Source: Nannocystales bacterium (GTDB lineage Bacteria > Myxococcota_A > Polyangia > Nannocystales > Nannocystaceae). From it: DNA of 64,000 bases. Shown piece after piece: positions 27,890 to 38,900 of this stretch. Under the pieces are notes generated by a model. That model was not told the origin of the DNA. It worked only from the letters and a program-made list of their open reading frames with translations, and did not search any database. Each line of letters opens with the position of its first letter. Position 1 is the stretch's first letter. Location: NCBI GenBank assembly GCA_050633305.1, contig JBOEGF010000010.1:256001-320000 (forward strand), read 5' to 3'. The position numbers were made by a program, and so were the translations under genes.

Positions 27890-28675
27890 ATGTACGGAAC
27901 CCGCTTTTGGATCGCATGCACCGTTCTGTCGTGCACTGCGGCCTGTGATTTAGAGACATCGCTTGCGCCTCGCGTCGACCTCGACGTGGTGGTGCAGGCC
28001 ACCGAACACGCATTTTCCACCGAAGACACACAGATCGAACTGACGGAGGCCCGGCTGGCCCTGCAAACCGTCGAGTTCACGACCGAGGGCGAAATGCACG
28101 CTCGTACGGGCCTGCTTCCAACCCTGCACGACCTGGTCGTGCCCACCGCCATCGCGCACCCTGGGCACAGCGCAGGGGGGGAGGTCGTCGGCGAGTTGGT
28201 CGGTCGACACGTCGTCGACTTCCTGGACGCCGGCTCGAGCATCGGCACCGCAACGCTGTTGGATGCTCACTACTCCGGGGCGAACTTCACCTTCATCACC
28301 GCCGAGGCGTCGGACGGCTTGGCGGCCGACGACCCACTCCTCGGCCACACGTTTCTGCTTGCTGGAACGGCGAGGCGCGAAGGGGACGAGGTTCAGTTCG
28401 TCGCGTACGTCGACCAGGACGAGGACCGCTCGATCATCGGCCTACCGCTGAGCTTCACGGCAACGGAAAGCTCAATCGAGCAGCTCGCGCTTCGCTTCGA
28501 CGCGGTGGATCCGGTTGAAGGCGACACGATCTTCGCAGACATCGACATCGTTTCGCTCGATGAAGACGGCGACGGGTTCGTGGAAATCTCGGCCGAGGAG
28601 AACTCCGAAGCCTGGGCCAACCTCCGACGTAATCTGCAAGTCCATGACCACTACGCGGTGGAGGTGGTCGAATGA
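27890..28675 (+). CDS. Lipoprotein with an AHPGH motif, putative metal-binding (possibly MbnP-like fold)
   Basis: Lipobox TAA-C; EMHAR and AIAHPGHSAGGEVVGEL; acidic beta-rich; purine-rich RBS. Confidence 0.7.
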   Translation: MYGTRFWIACTVLSCTAACDLETSLAPRVDLDVVVQATEHAFSTEDTQIELTEARLALQTVEFTTEGEMHARTGLLPTLHDLVVPTAIAHPGHSAGGEVVGELVGRHVVDFLDAGSSIGTATLLDAHYSGANFTFITAEASDGLAADDPLLGHTFLLAGTARREGDEVQFVAYVDQDEDRSIIGLPLSFTATESSIEQLALRFDAVDPVEGDTIFADIDIVSLDEDGDGFVEISAEENSEAWANLRRNLQVHDHYAVEVVE

Positions 28676-29451
28676 AGCGCATGTTCGTGATCGCAGGCCT
28701 GCTGCTGTGCGCATGTGACGATGCCTCCGACGGCGAGGGCACACTTCGAGTCACCGCGTGGGGTGAAGCGTTCATCGAGGAGGGCATTCCTGAGGATGCC
28801 TTCGTGGACGGCTGGAGCGTGACGTTTGATGCGTTCGTCGTTTCGGTCGGTGCCATTGACGCCCAAGGGGCTGCGTTGCCGGGGACGTACGTGGTCGACC
28901 TCGCTCGGCCCAGCGGAGGCGCGGGCCAAGAACTCGGACCGCTGACCGTTCCGGCTGGGCAAGCTCCAGCCTTGTCGTGGTCGCTCGTCGCGGCGAGCGG
29001 GGACGCGGTCACCGACCTGGACGGCGACGTGCTCGACGCGATGGTGGGCGCGGATGCTTCGATCTGGGCTCGGGGCGTCGCGACGCGGGGGAACGAAGTG
29101 AAGACCTTCGATTGGGCGCTGGACGTCCCGGCCACCTACGTGGACTGCGACCCCGGCGTCTCGGTCGGGACAGACCAGAGTACCGACGGTGTGCTGACGG
29201 TGCACGCGGACCACCTGTTCTACGACGACCTGGACTCGGAGGAGCCTGGTGTCGCGTTCGATCTCATCGCGGCCTCGGATGCCGACGGGGACGGCGCAAT
29301 CACGATGGCTGAACTGCGAGCGCAGAGTCTCTCGGGTCAGACGCGTTACCAGGTGGGCGGCCGAGACATCGCGGACCTGCACGGGTTCATCCTCGCGCAG
29401 GCTCGGACGGTCGGTCACATCAACGGAGAAGGGCACTGCGAGATCGAGTGA
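28672..29451 (+). CDS. Lipoprotein with His motifs, putative metal-binding
   Basis: ATGA overlap; lipobox LCA-C; LTVHADHLFYDDL, EF-hand-like DADGDGAITMAEL, GHINGEGHC. Confidence 0.7.
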   Translation: MKRMFVIAGLLLCACDDASDGEGTLRVTAWGEAFIEEGIPEDAFVDGWSVTFDAFVVSVGAIDAQGAALPGTYVVDLARPSGGAGQELGPLTVPAGQAPALSWSLVAASGDAVTDLDGDVLDAMVGADASIWARGVATRGNEVKTFDWALDVPATYVDCDPGVSVGTDQSTDGVLTVHADHLFYDDLDSEEPGVAFDLIAASDADGDGAITMAELRAQSLSGQTRYQVGGRDIADLHGFILAQARTVGHINGEGHCEIE

Positions 29452-29488
29452 TCCCGCCGCTGCCTGACCCCGTACCCATGATGAGCCG

Positions 29489-31588
29489 ATGATCGGTTGG
29501 ACCCTCGCAGCGGCGATCGCAAGCCGCATTGCCCACCCCCCCGCGGACGTGCCCACAGAGCCCGTCCCCGTGGAGGAGATCGGTGCGCCCGCGGACGACT
29601 CGGACGCAGGAACGGTGCGAGAAGTGATCGTGCACCGGGAAGCCGATCAGCTCAGCGCGAGCGCGGTGACCGTAGGACGCCGCGAGATCGACACGATGCC
29701 CAAGCGCGGCGCAGAGGATCTTCTGCGCCACATTCCGGGCATGCACATCGTGCAACACGGCGGGCAGGGCAAGGGCTACCAGTTCTACCTCCGCGGTTTC
29801 GATGCGGTCCACGGTGCAGACGTCGAAACCAAGCTCGGCGACGTCCCGATCAACGAGGCGTCCAACGTGCACGCGCACGGCTACCTCGACCTTTCGTTCA
29901 TCATCCCCGAGGCTGTCGAGGGGGTCGATGCGACGAAAGGGTCGTACCGCCTCGAGCAGGGCAACTTCGGCACGGCGGGCAGCATCCGATATCGACTCGG
30001 TGTGCCGCAGCGCGGCACGCGGGCCACGTACGAGTTTGGCTCAACCCTCCGCCACCGTATCTCACTGGTGCACGCCCCCGAGCGCCGCGGCAAGGAGACC
30101 TTCCTCGCCTTCGAAGCGATGGACGACCAGGGCTACGGGCAGCGTCGACACGCCCAACGTCTGAGCACCATCGGGCAGGCGCTGCTCTACAAGGGACGAG
30201 GGACCACCGTCACCGCGATGGGGGCGCTGTATGGCGCCCGGTTCGAGCTTCCCGGAACGGTTCGTCTGGACGACGTGCGGCGTGGAGACGTCGGCTTGTA
30301 CGACAGCTACACCGACGACTCCGTCGGTGAGTCCGCGCGCGCGATCGCCTCGATGCAGGTCAAGACCAACCGCGGCCGTGTGCGCTCTCGGACGTCCGCG
30401 TGGGTCCAGGCCCGCCGCTTCTCGCTCGATGAGAACTTCACCGGGGACCTGCTGTTCGAGGAGATCGGCGACCGCCACCGCCAGCTTCATGCTGCCGTCA
30501 GCCCGGGTGTCTCGACCCAGCTCGACATCCGCGTGCATCCTCAAGTCGAGATCCCGGTCCACGCCCGGTGGCAGGTGGACATCGCCGAGCAATCGACCGA
30601 CCAACTCACGGCGGAGGGCCGAACCTGGGATACGCCGCGAGACCTCGCGTTCGTGCAGCACGGACTGTCGTTGGGCACAGGCGTTCGCACGACGCCGACG
30701 TCATGGATGATGTTCGAAGCGGGGGGCCGGGTTGACGTCTTTGCCACTCAGGTTCGCGACCGGATCCAGGAGCGCGACTTCGGTGGGGCGAGGGCCGCTG
30801 TCTCTCCCCGAGCGATGACGAAGTTCATGCCCTTCGATCGCTGGCAGCTTTTTGCCGCTTATGGCCGAGGCGTGCGGTCGCCCGAGGCACGGGCGTACAC
30901 GCTGCCCACCCAAGCCGTGGAGAACGAAGACCTCAGCCGATACGCTGGTGGTCAGGCGCGCGTCACCCAGAGCGACAGCGTCGAGGTCGGAACGCGCGTA
31001 CAGCCCGGGATTCTCGATGTCGGCGTCGCCGGGTTTGGCACCTGGATCGATCGCGAGTCGGTGTTCGACCATGTTTCGGGCTTCAATGTCGAACGCTCGG
31101 CAACCCAGCGGCTCGGCGTCGAGGGCGACGTTCAGCTACACCCCACCTCGTGGCTCGACTTTGGGGCGGACGTCACCTGGGCGCGCGGGCGCTTCGTCAG
31201 CAGTGGCTCCCCGATCCCCGGGGCCCCTCCGCTCATCGTCACCGCGAAGGCCTCCATGGCGCATCCCAAGGGATTCCGTGCAGGGGTCCGGTGGTTCTTG
31301 CTCGGTGCGCGGCCGCTGAGCTACGGCGCTGTCGCGGCCCCGGCCACAGTCATGGATCTGAATGTCGGGTATCGCTATCGCTGGGCGCAGCTCGACCTGT
31401 CGATCGACAACGTGTGGAACCAGCAGTGGCGGGAGGGGGAGTACCACTTCGCCTCGCACTGGGGCGCGGACCGGCCGCGCAGTCAGCTCCCAACGGTGCA
31501 TGGGGTTGCGGGCAATCCGTTCACCGCCCGCGTTGCGCTGACGCTGCACTTCGATGCGATGGGACGAAACAAATCCTCGGGCCGGTAA
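29489..31588 (+). CDS. TonB-dependent outer-membrane receptor (probably metal uptake)
   Basis: Plug EDLLRHIPGMHIVQHGGQGKGYQFYLRGFDAVHG, NVHAHGYLDL, KGSY...GNFGTAG; barrel strands; IDNVWN. Confidence 0.9.
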   Translation: MIGWTLAAAIASRIAHPPADVPTEPVPVEEIGAPADDSDAGTVREVIVHREADQLSASAVTVGRREIDTMPKRGAEDLLRHIPGMHIVQHGGQGKGYQFYLRGFDAVHGADVETKLGDVPINEASNVHAHGYLDLSFIIPEAVEGVDATKGSYRLEQGNFGTAGSIRYRLGVPQRGTRATYEFGSTLRHRISLVHAPERRGKETFLAFEAMDDQGYGQRRHAQRLSTIGQALLYKGRGTTVTAMGALYGARFELPGTVRLDDVRRGDVGLYDSYTDDSVGESARAIASMQVKTNRGRVRSRTSAWVQARRFSLDENFTGDLLFEEIGDRHRQLHAAVSPGVSTQLDIRVHPQVEIPVHARWQVDIAEQSTDQLTAEGRTWDTPRDLAFVQHGLSLGTGVRTTPTSWMMFEAGGRVDVFATQVRDRIQERDFGGARAAVSPRAMTKFMPFDRWQLFAAYGRGVRSPEARAYTLPTQAVENEDLSRYAGGQARVTQSDSVEVGTRVQPGILDVGVAGFGTWIDRESVFDHVSGFNVERSATQRLGVEGDVQLHPTSWLDFGADVTWARGRFVSSGSPIPGAPPLIVTAKASMAHPKGFRAGVRWFLLGARPLSYGAVAAPATVMDLNVGYRYRWAQLDLSIDNVWNQQWREGEYHFASHWGADRPRSQLPTVHGVAGNPFTARVALTLHFDAMGRNKSSGR

Positions 31589-31654
31589 GTCGGATCGGCC
31601 GGATGGTATGGGAACCTTTCCCGGTTCTGTCCGAGCAACCCGGGCGCGTCCGTC

Positions 31655-34645
31655 ATGAAATCGTCAAGCCGACTCCCCCTGTTCGCTTTGCTTCTCGCGG
31701 GTGCGGCCGTGTTCTTGTGGTGGGTTGCTCGCCCCGATTCCGCGGAGAGCCAAGAGGACGGTGTTGCCGCCGCGCAGGTCGCGGGTGCGGGCAAAGGTCG
31801 GGGCGGAAGTTCGAGCGACAAGCCCAAGCTTCCTCGCCAGAGTGCACTCGAGCTTCAGGAGGCCCCGAAGGCATCGATCGCCGGGGTCGTTCGCACAGCC
31901 GGCGGAAAACCGCTTCTGGGAGCGAGGGTCTGTGCGTTCGTCGTCGGGCAGGAGACGACTCGGCCGCGCGAAGCACCGTGCGTTGCCTCGACCGTGGATG
32001 GGCGGTTCCGAATCGAGGGCTTACTCGCCGCTCGCTACGATGTGACCGCATCCGCGGCTCAACATCTCCCGGGTCGCTTCGAGCCAGGAGACTCGAAGTC
32101 GCGTTACGTTCGTGTGGCATCGGGACAGCAGCGCACGGGCGTGGAGATCGCACTTCAGCCCGGCGGGGTTCAGGTGTTCGGCACCGTTCGAGACATCTCC
32201 GGCGGAGAGATCGCGCTGGCTCAGGTGACGTCCGGCCGAAACCGATGGTTCGGTGACGGAAACATCCCGACCTCGGTGATCACCGACGAGGAGGGCGCGT
32301 TCTCCATGTGGGTCGAGGAGGGCAACGTGTCGCTCAAGGCCGATGCGGAGGGGTACGCAGCGGAGACGCAGCGGGGGCGCGCACCGGGGACGCACTACAA
32401 GTTGTTCCTCACGCCGGAGTCTGTGGTCGTCGGCAGGGTTGTCGATGTCGCGACCGGTGACCCCGTGCCTGGCGCTCTCGTTCGTGTGGACCGCGGCCCG
32501 CCAGTGCTCTCCGAGGAGGACGGATCGTTTCGGATCGAAGGGCTCGCACCGGGCGTGTACAAGCCCACGGTCAAGGCAGACGCAGGCTATGGCGAAGCCG
32601 AGACCAGCGTGCACCTGGGACTTGGTGAGACCTCCAAGGACGTGCTCGTGCGCCTGCACCCCGCGGTCACGGTATCCGGGGTCGTGGTCATCAAAGATGG
32701 GGAAGAGGTCCGTCCCTGCGAAAGGGGGTCCGCGATGCTGCGTCGGGTGCCCAACGCCGGCGGTAGCGTGTACTCCGGGTCCGTTCGGACCGAGGGGGAG
32801 GTCCGCATGAAGGGCGTGCTGCCCGGTCGATACGAGGTGACCGCGTCCTGTACGGGCTACCTCAGCGAGGATGCCTACGGCGAAATCGACGTCGCGGACA
32901 CGCCGGTCGAAGGACTGCGCTGGGAGGTGACGACAGGGGCGTCGATCCGCGGCAAGGTCGTCGTCGCGGAGGCGGAGCAACTGCGCGGCCTCCAGGTCCG
33001 GGCACGGTCAACGGGAGGCGAAGCTCGAGGCAAGGGCGGCTGGGCGAGTACGGGCAAGTTTGACGAGGACGGGACCTTTGTCCTCGAAGGCCTCTCCGCC
33101 AACACCTACAAGCTGACGGCCTCGGGCAGGGGCGTTCCTGAACCCGAAGAGCCACTCGAGGTTGTGGTGCCACAGGGGGAGGTCGTGGAGGGCGTCGAAC
33201 TCGAACTGCTCCCCGAGGCCATCATTCGAGGTCAGGTGCAGGACGAGGCAGGCAACCCGGTGACGGCGGCAGACGTTCGCGCCGAAGGCCCTGGCCGCAA
33301 CTGGTCCGCAGAGCAGGTCGGAGACGATGGCCGTTTTGAACTCCGTGGCCTCCGAGGCGGGGAGTACCGCGTGCGCGCAGCGTTGAACTGGAGCGATTCG
33401 CTTCGCAAGCCCGGGACGACCGACGACGACGTCCAGGGCGAGGCGGTGACCGTCGATGCGGGGGACGAAGCCGAGGTGTTGTTGGTGGTCGAGGCGCGCG
33501 ACGGTACGATTTCTGGGACGGTGACCGACAGCGGCGGGGGTCCGGTCTCCGATGCTTTTATCCGCGCCGAGAGGTTGTCCGACTCGAAGGCAGCAAACAC
33601 CAAGAACACGCTCCGCAGAGCCCGGTGGGGCGGCTGGAACGACCAGCCGATCATGACCGACACCGAGGGCGGGTTCACGGTCGAGGGGCTCTCTGAAGGC
33701 GCCTATACGGTGTGGGCGGTTCGAAAGGGCGGCGGCGAAGGTTATGCGGAGAACGTGTCTTCTGGGGCGGATGGGGTGAGTATTCAGCTTCAACCCACCG
33801 GGCAGATCCTGGGAACCGTCACCGCTGCATCCGGGGGCGCTCCGCAACGGTTCAAAGTGACTGTCAACGACGAGACGACAGGATTTTCAAGGCGGGAGTC
33901 GTTCTTCGCCACCGATGGGCGGTTCGTGATCGACGAGATGCCTCCGGGGAAGTTCTTCGTCGCCGCAAGCAGCACCGAAGGAAGCGGGGATACCGAGGTG
34001 ACGCTCGCCGAGGGCGCGAGCCAAGCTGGGGTCAAGGTCGAGCTCCAGAAGATGGTCGCCGTGAAGGGGCGCGTGGTCGACCTCGAATCCGGTGAGCCGA
34101 TCCCCGGCATCAGCGTCTCGATGAATCGCAAGAAATCGCGCGATTTCAATATCAGCTTCGGCGGGGGCGACAAGCGCAACATCACCGACGACAACGGCAC
34201 CTACGAACTCGATGCGGTCCCCGTTGGGCATGTCTCCGTCATCCTGTTCCCGAAGGACTTCGGTGGGGACAGCGACTATTCCTTCTCACAGACCAGGGCC
34301 GTCGTCGAAGACGGCAATCCGTTCGAAGTCCCTGCGCTGGAGATGATCAAGCGCCGGGTCAAGAAACAGGAAGACACCGGAGACCTTGGCTACACGCTCA
34401 AGGAATCGGCTCCAGACGTCGACTGGATGGAGCGTGAACTGATTGTGGGCTTCGTTCGGCCTGGTGGTCCGGCAGCGCAGGCGGGGTTGAAGGTCGGTGC
34501 CAAGATCGAGTCGGTCGATGGCCATGACGTGACCAAGAAGCCGGCTCGCTACTCCGCCCTCTCGCGCATTGAAGTGGGAGCAACCCTCGAACTGGGGATC
34601 GAAGGCGGGGCGACGGTGAAGATCACCGCCGTGAAGAAGCCGTAG
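31655..34645 (+). CDS. Membrane-anchored protein with carboxypeptidase-regulatory-like repeats and a C-terminal PDZ domain
   Basis: N-terminal TM; repeated I.G.V.D..G.P....V / DG.F.I.GL..G.Y units; VRPGGPAAQAGLKVGAKIESVDG. Confidence 0.85.
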   Translation: MKSSSRLPLFALLLAGAAVFLWWVARPDSAESQEDGVAAAQVAGAGKGRGGSSSDKPKLPRQSALELQEAPKASIAGVVRTAGGKPLLGARVCAFVVGQETTRPREAPCVASTVDGRFRIEGLLAARYDVTASAAQHLPGRFEPGDSKSRYVRVASGQQRTGVEIALQPGGVQVFGTVRDISGGEIALAQVTSGRNRWFGDGNIPTSVITDEEGAFSMWVEEGNVSLKADAEGYAAETQRGRAPGTHYKLFLTPESVVVGRVVDVATGDPVPGALVRVDRGPPVLSEEDGSFRIEGLAPGVYKPTVKADAGYGEAETSVHLGLGETSKDVLVRLHPAVTVSGVVVIKDGEEVRPCERGSAMLRRVPNAGGSVYSGSVRTEGEVRMKGVLPGRYEVTASCTGYLSEDAYGEIDVADTPVEGLRWEVTTGASIRGKVVVAEAEQLRGLQVRARSTGGEARGKGGWASTGKFDEDGTFVLEGLSANTYKLTASGRGVPEPEEPLEVVVPQGEVVEGVELELLPEAIIRGQVQDEAGNPVTAADVRAEGPGRNWSAEQVGDDGRFELRGLRGGEYRVRAALNWSDSLRKPGTTDDDVQGEAVTVDAGDEAEVLLVVEARDGTISGTVTDSGGGPVSDAFIRAERLSDSKAANTKNTLRRARWGGWNDQPIMTDTEGGFTVEGLSEGAYTVWAVRKGGGEGYAENVSSGADGVSIQLQPTGQILGTVTAASGGAPQRFKVTVNDETTGFSRRESFFATDGRFVIDEMPPGKFFVAASSTEGSGDTEVTLAEGASQAGVKVELQKMVAVKGRVVDLESGEPIPGISVSMNRKKSRDFNISFGGGDKRNITDDNGTYELDAVPVGHVSVILFPKDFGGDSDYSFSQTRAVVEDGNPFEVPALEMIKRRVKKQEDTGDLGYTLKESAPDVDWMERELIVGFVRPGGPAAQAGLKVGAKIESVDGHDVTKKPARYSALSRIEVGATLELGIEGGATVKITAVKKP

Positions 34646-34648
34646 AGG

Positions 34649-35944
34649 TCACTCGAGATCGAGCTTCAGCTCAATCTCGACGCCGCGCCGCACAATGGTG
34701 ACGCGGAGGGTCTCTGGCGGCGCTTTTGAGACCGCTGCGTAGGCCTCCAAGGCCTCATCGAAGTCTCCGATCGGTCGCCCTTGGACAGAGACGAGGAGGT
34801 CACCATTGTGAAAACCGAGCTTGTCCAGGAGGCTCGACCGACGGATCCCGTAGAGCTTGAACCCGACGGTCTCACCATCCTTCTGGCTGGGGACGATCCG
34901 AGCCGAGCGTGCGAGGACGGACGGGTCCGCGAGTAGTTCCGCGAAGCGGTCGCGGTCGATGCTGTAGCGGTGCTCCCCGTTCTCCGTGACAACGGCGTCG
35001 AGCGTGGTTGCGGGCTTGGACCGGCTCCCTGCCGGCCCTCCTCTTCGGTAGGCGGACGCGGGCTTCGGCGTAGCCTTGATCGTTGAGAGGGCCTCGGAGT
35101 CCAGTACATCTTCGATCACCTCGTACTGAAGCCGAGCCTCACCGTCGTCGGTCCCAACGGTGAGTTCGAACGTTCGCTCCGCTGCACGCTCCCCGATCCG
35201 TTGCAGTGCGAGTTCGAGGCCGTTCTTCCCGATGTTCTCATCGTCGACGCGCAGTACGGGTCCGCCCCCCGGGACGCCGAGGCTTTGCCATAGCTCGCGG
35301 TTTTGATGGAGCCATGGCATGTCCGCGAGCGTCTCGAGCAAGGCTCGATCGATCAGGCGTCGCCCGCCCTCCTGTTGAACGACCCCGAGCCGGACCAGGG
35401 AGGACGCCACACTCTGAGCGGTGGATCGCGAACGGATCCATAGGAAGATGGTCTCGGTCGATCCGTCCCGCAGGCGTCGAATCTCAGCCCAATGGGTCCG
35501 CTGCGCCAAGGCCCATGTGTCGTGGAGACTCGCCAGCGCGGGCGCCTGGGTTGCTCCGATGGAGAGCAAGAGGTCTCCGGGGAGCAAGCCGACCTGGCCG
35601 GCCACTGCGCCCCGACCGATGGACAGGACCCGAAGTCCGTCCGCTTCGTTCCGGGTTTGCACGACGCCGGACAGAAACTCGAGCGAGAACTCGGCCCATG
35701 CGTCGTCGTCGAGCTGATGGAGTCGGGGATGGTGGCTCTGGACCGTCCATTCGCCGGCTGGAGCGTCGCGCGACCCCTGCGGTGGCGGGTCCGGGAGACG
35801 CTTCGGAGTCGGCGCTTCGTCGCTCACCGCGGCGGCGACATCTGGGGGTGCATCGGGAGCAGGTCCGTCCTTCGAGCGGTCGCACGACGTTGCAGAGGCC
35901 AGTGAGACCAGCAGGAGGAGGGCGGGGAAGGATGCTGACGTCAT
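34649..35944 (-). CDS. GspC-like PDZ domain lipoprotein
   Basis: Lipobox-like ATS-C; GLLPGDLLLSIG; C-terminal ARIVPSQKDGETVGFKLYGIRRSSLLDKLGFHNGDLLVSVQG. Confidence 0.75.
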   Translation of the reverse strand: MTSASFPALLLLVSLASATSCDRSKDGPAPDAPPDVAAAVSDEAPTPKRLPDPPPQGSRDAPAGEWTVQSHHPRLHQLDDDAWAEFSLEFLSGVVQTRNEADGLRVLSIGRGAVAGQVGLLPGDLLLSIGATQAPALASLHDTWALAQRTHWAEIRRLRDGSTETIFLWIRSRSTAQSVASSLVRLGVVQQEGGRRLIDRALLETLADMPWLHQNRELWQSLGVPGGGPVLRVDDENIGKNGLELALQRIGERAAERTFELTVGTDDGEARLQYEVIEDVLDSEALSTIKATPKPASAYRRGGPAGSRSKPATTLDAVVTENGEHRYSIDRDRFAELLADPSVLARSARIVPSQKDGETVGFKLYGIRRSSLLDKLGFHNGDLLVSVQGRPIGDFDEALEAYAAVSKAPPETLRVTIVRRGVEIELKLDLE

Positions 35945-38900
35945 GGCGTGAGACGGGCCTGCATGGCCAGGATTCGAGTGCGCAGGGGGATCCAGCGGGT
36001 GACCTCGGGCAGAAGCGGGAGCGCTCGAGCAAGCAGGGCTAACGCCTGTGTCGCGTGTCCATCGTCCTGAGCAATCCGAGCCTCGACGTAGAGCATCCGA
36101 GCACGGGTCGCGTCCGTCGGCTTCGGGGTGGCGAGTCGTTGCTTCGTTTCGAAGTGTTGGCGCGCGGCGTCAACGTCGTCGTTGTCGAGCGCGAGTTCGG
36201 CAGCACTGAGGGCGAACCGCCCCACGATCGCGTGTTCCTTGCCGAAGGAAACCTTGGCCTGCTCCACGGCGGTCTCGACCCAGACCTGCCCCTGCTTCGT
36301 GTCGCCGCCGCAGACCCACGTGTACTTGGCCCGGTTGTGGTTGACGACTGATCGCAGAACGTCGGTCGCTGCGAGCGAGTCGACGGACGCGGCGGCGGCC
36401 TCGAAGTAGCGGAGAGCGTCGTCGCAGCGTCCGAGGTTCATGTAGTCGGTTCCGACCGCGGAGTTGCCTTGCACGACGGAGCGGTGTGTGTCGTCCCGAG
36501 AGACCTGGAGGATCTCGAGCGCCCGGATGTGATGGGCCAGGGCTTCTTCGCCGCGCTCCATCTGAGTCAGCGTGGTCGCCAGGTTGTTGTGCACGAGGGA
36601 GACGTTGGGGTCGTTGGGGCCGCGGGTCCGGGTCCAGGTTTCAATGAGCTGCTCGTACAGAGCCTTGGAACCCTCGAGGTCGCCCTTTCGCTTTAGGATG
36701 CCCGCGAGGACCGCTCGTGGGGAGTCGAGCCGCGGGCTATCCCGACCAAACCACGCCTCGCCCATCGTGAGGGCTGTCTCGACGGAGGACGCTGCTTCGT
36801 CGAGTTTGTTCTGGGCGGCAAGCGCGGCGGCAAGCGTCCCCAGGGTCGGGACGTAGTCCGGGTGCTCGGGCCCATACCGCCGCTCGATCTCTCGGAACAG
36901 CTCCCGCGACCGAGCTTCCGCTGCACCGTAGTCGTCGACGTCCATCTCCAACGCCGCGAGGTTGTTGAGGGGCGAGAGGGCTTCGGGTCCATCGGGCTCG
37001 AACGCCTGATGCAGCTCGTACGAGCGCTTGTAGGCCTTGCGGGCCTCGTCGTAGTTGCCTCGCTGACGTTCGACGAGTCCGACCGAGTTCCAGAATGATG
37101 CGGCGGGGCGGCTGTATAGACCCTCTCGTTCGAGCGCGCCATGGGTCATTTCCATCCACAGGTGAGCCTGTTCGAGGTTGGGAGTGGAGGACCCGAGCAA
37201 GTGCAGGGCGAGCGCTCCCGTACTCACCATCAGCCGGGTGTCGCCGCATCGGATCGCCGTTCGAAAGGCCTGCTCCAGTGCGGCGAGCGAGGACTCATAG
37301 TCAGCCATCCGAAGGTGAAGAAAGCCGACCTCGTGTAGGACCTCCGCGGTGAGTGGATCGAACCCGAGCGCCTCGGCCTCCTCGCGGAGTGAGGTGACCG
37401 ATGCGAGTGCAGTCTCGAACTTTCCCAAGCTGGCGTCCGCACTGACGCGTGCGAGTCGGCGACGGACCGCGGCAACGGGTTCTGCTTGGTCTGCTGGAGG
37501 TGTGCGCGGTGGTGACCGCGTCCAATCGCGTTGGTTGCACTGCACCGGGTCGCCCAGCTTGCCGACCGCCTCTCCGGCGTATTGCAGCGCGTTGTCGTCG
37601 CTCTCTTCGAGCGCGTCGACCAGCGCCTCAAAGTGCACGAGTCGTTCGTCGAGGCACTGCAACGCGACGTTTCGGTGCGCAGTCTTCGAGGACACGCATG
37701 CGGCTGTCCTCGACTCGGTCCACTTCGAGGCGAATCGACCCAGGTCTCCGCGAACCCGTGCCACCAGATCTGCGCTGGTGTCGGTGTCTTTCGCTTGCAG
37801 CGCGACCGTGATCAGGTCCGCGCGCTCGGGGTTCCACGCGGCGACGGGGATGGCCTGTGCCGCCGGGGTGCACCGAGCATCGTCCTTGGACGTCGCGATG
37901 GCGCTGGCGAGGCCCAAGGCTCCGATGCCCAGCCCAGCCAGGAACAATGCCTTGGTGGACCGCCGAGTCGCCGACCACCCCGAGGGCTGCATCGCCCGCA
38001 GGAGGCTCGCCAGGGTCGGAAAACGCTCGCCCGGGTCGGCGCGAAGCCCCCGGACGAGGGCGCTCCGGAGGTGCCGCGGTAGGGCGTCGAGATGTTGCCG
38101 TTCCGCGATCCGGCCGGCGTTGACGTTCGCTGCCAGCTCGGTGACCGTACGCCCAGCGAACGGGCGGCTCCCACACAGCGCCTCGAACAACGCGACACAA
38201 AAGCTGAACTGGTCCGACCGCGCATCCGCGACTCCGCCAGCGAACTGCTCGGGGGACATATAGGCTGGGGTGCCGACCAGCGCCCCGGTGCGGGTGAGTG
38301 TGGCGTCGGACAGCTCAGTCTGCGTGCCCGACTGGGTCGAGAACAGGGCATCTCGGTCCTGCGTGGTTTGGCCTTGCCGGGCCAGGCCGAAGTCGGTGAC
38401 ACGGGCCCGGCCGTCGCGACCCATCAACACGTTCGCGGGCTTGAAATCTCGATGAACCAGGCCTGCCTCATGTGCCGCTTCGAGTCCCCGGCCCGCATCG
38501 TGAAACGCCGCGACGATCTCCTCTTGGCTGCGGTCCTTGGCCGCGAGCCACTCGCCGAGGGTGCCGCCCTCGACATGCTCCATCGCCATGAAGACCGAGC
38601 CTTCATGCAACCCCACATCGTGCACGACGACCACGTTGGGGTGTGCGAGCCGAGCCGTGGCTCTCGCTTCGCGGACCAGACGTTCACTCGAGCCCTCGCC
38701 GAGAGCCCGCGAGCGCAGAAGCTTCAGGGCGACCTTGCGGTCCAGCTCCGGATCGAAGGCAGCGTGGACGACTCCCATCGCGCCTGCACCAAGGGTCCCG
38801 AGCACGAGGTAGCGGCCGATGCTCGTGCCACGGGCCATCGCCGCGGGAAGCAGCTCCGCGAGTCCATCGTCGGCACCGCGGTCCGTGATGCCTTGGCTGT

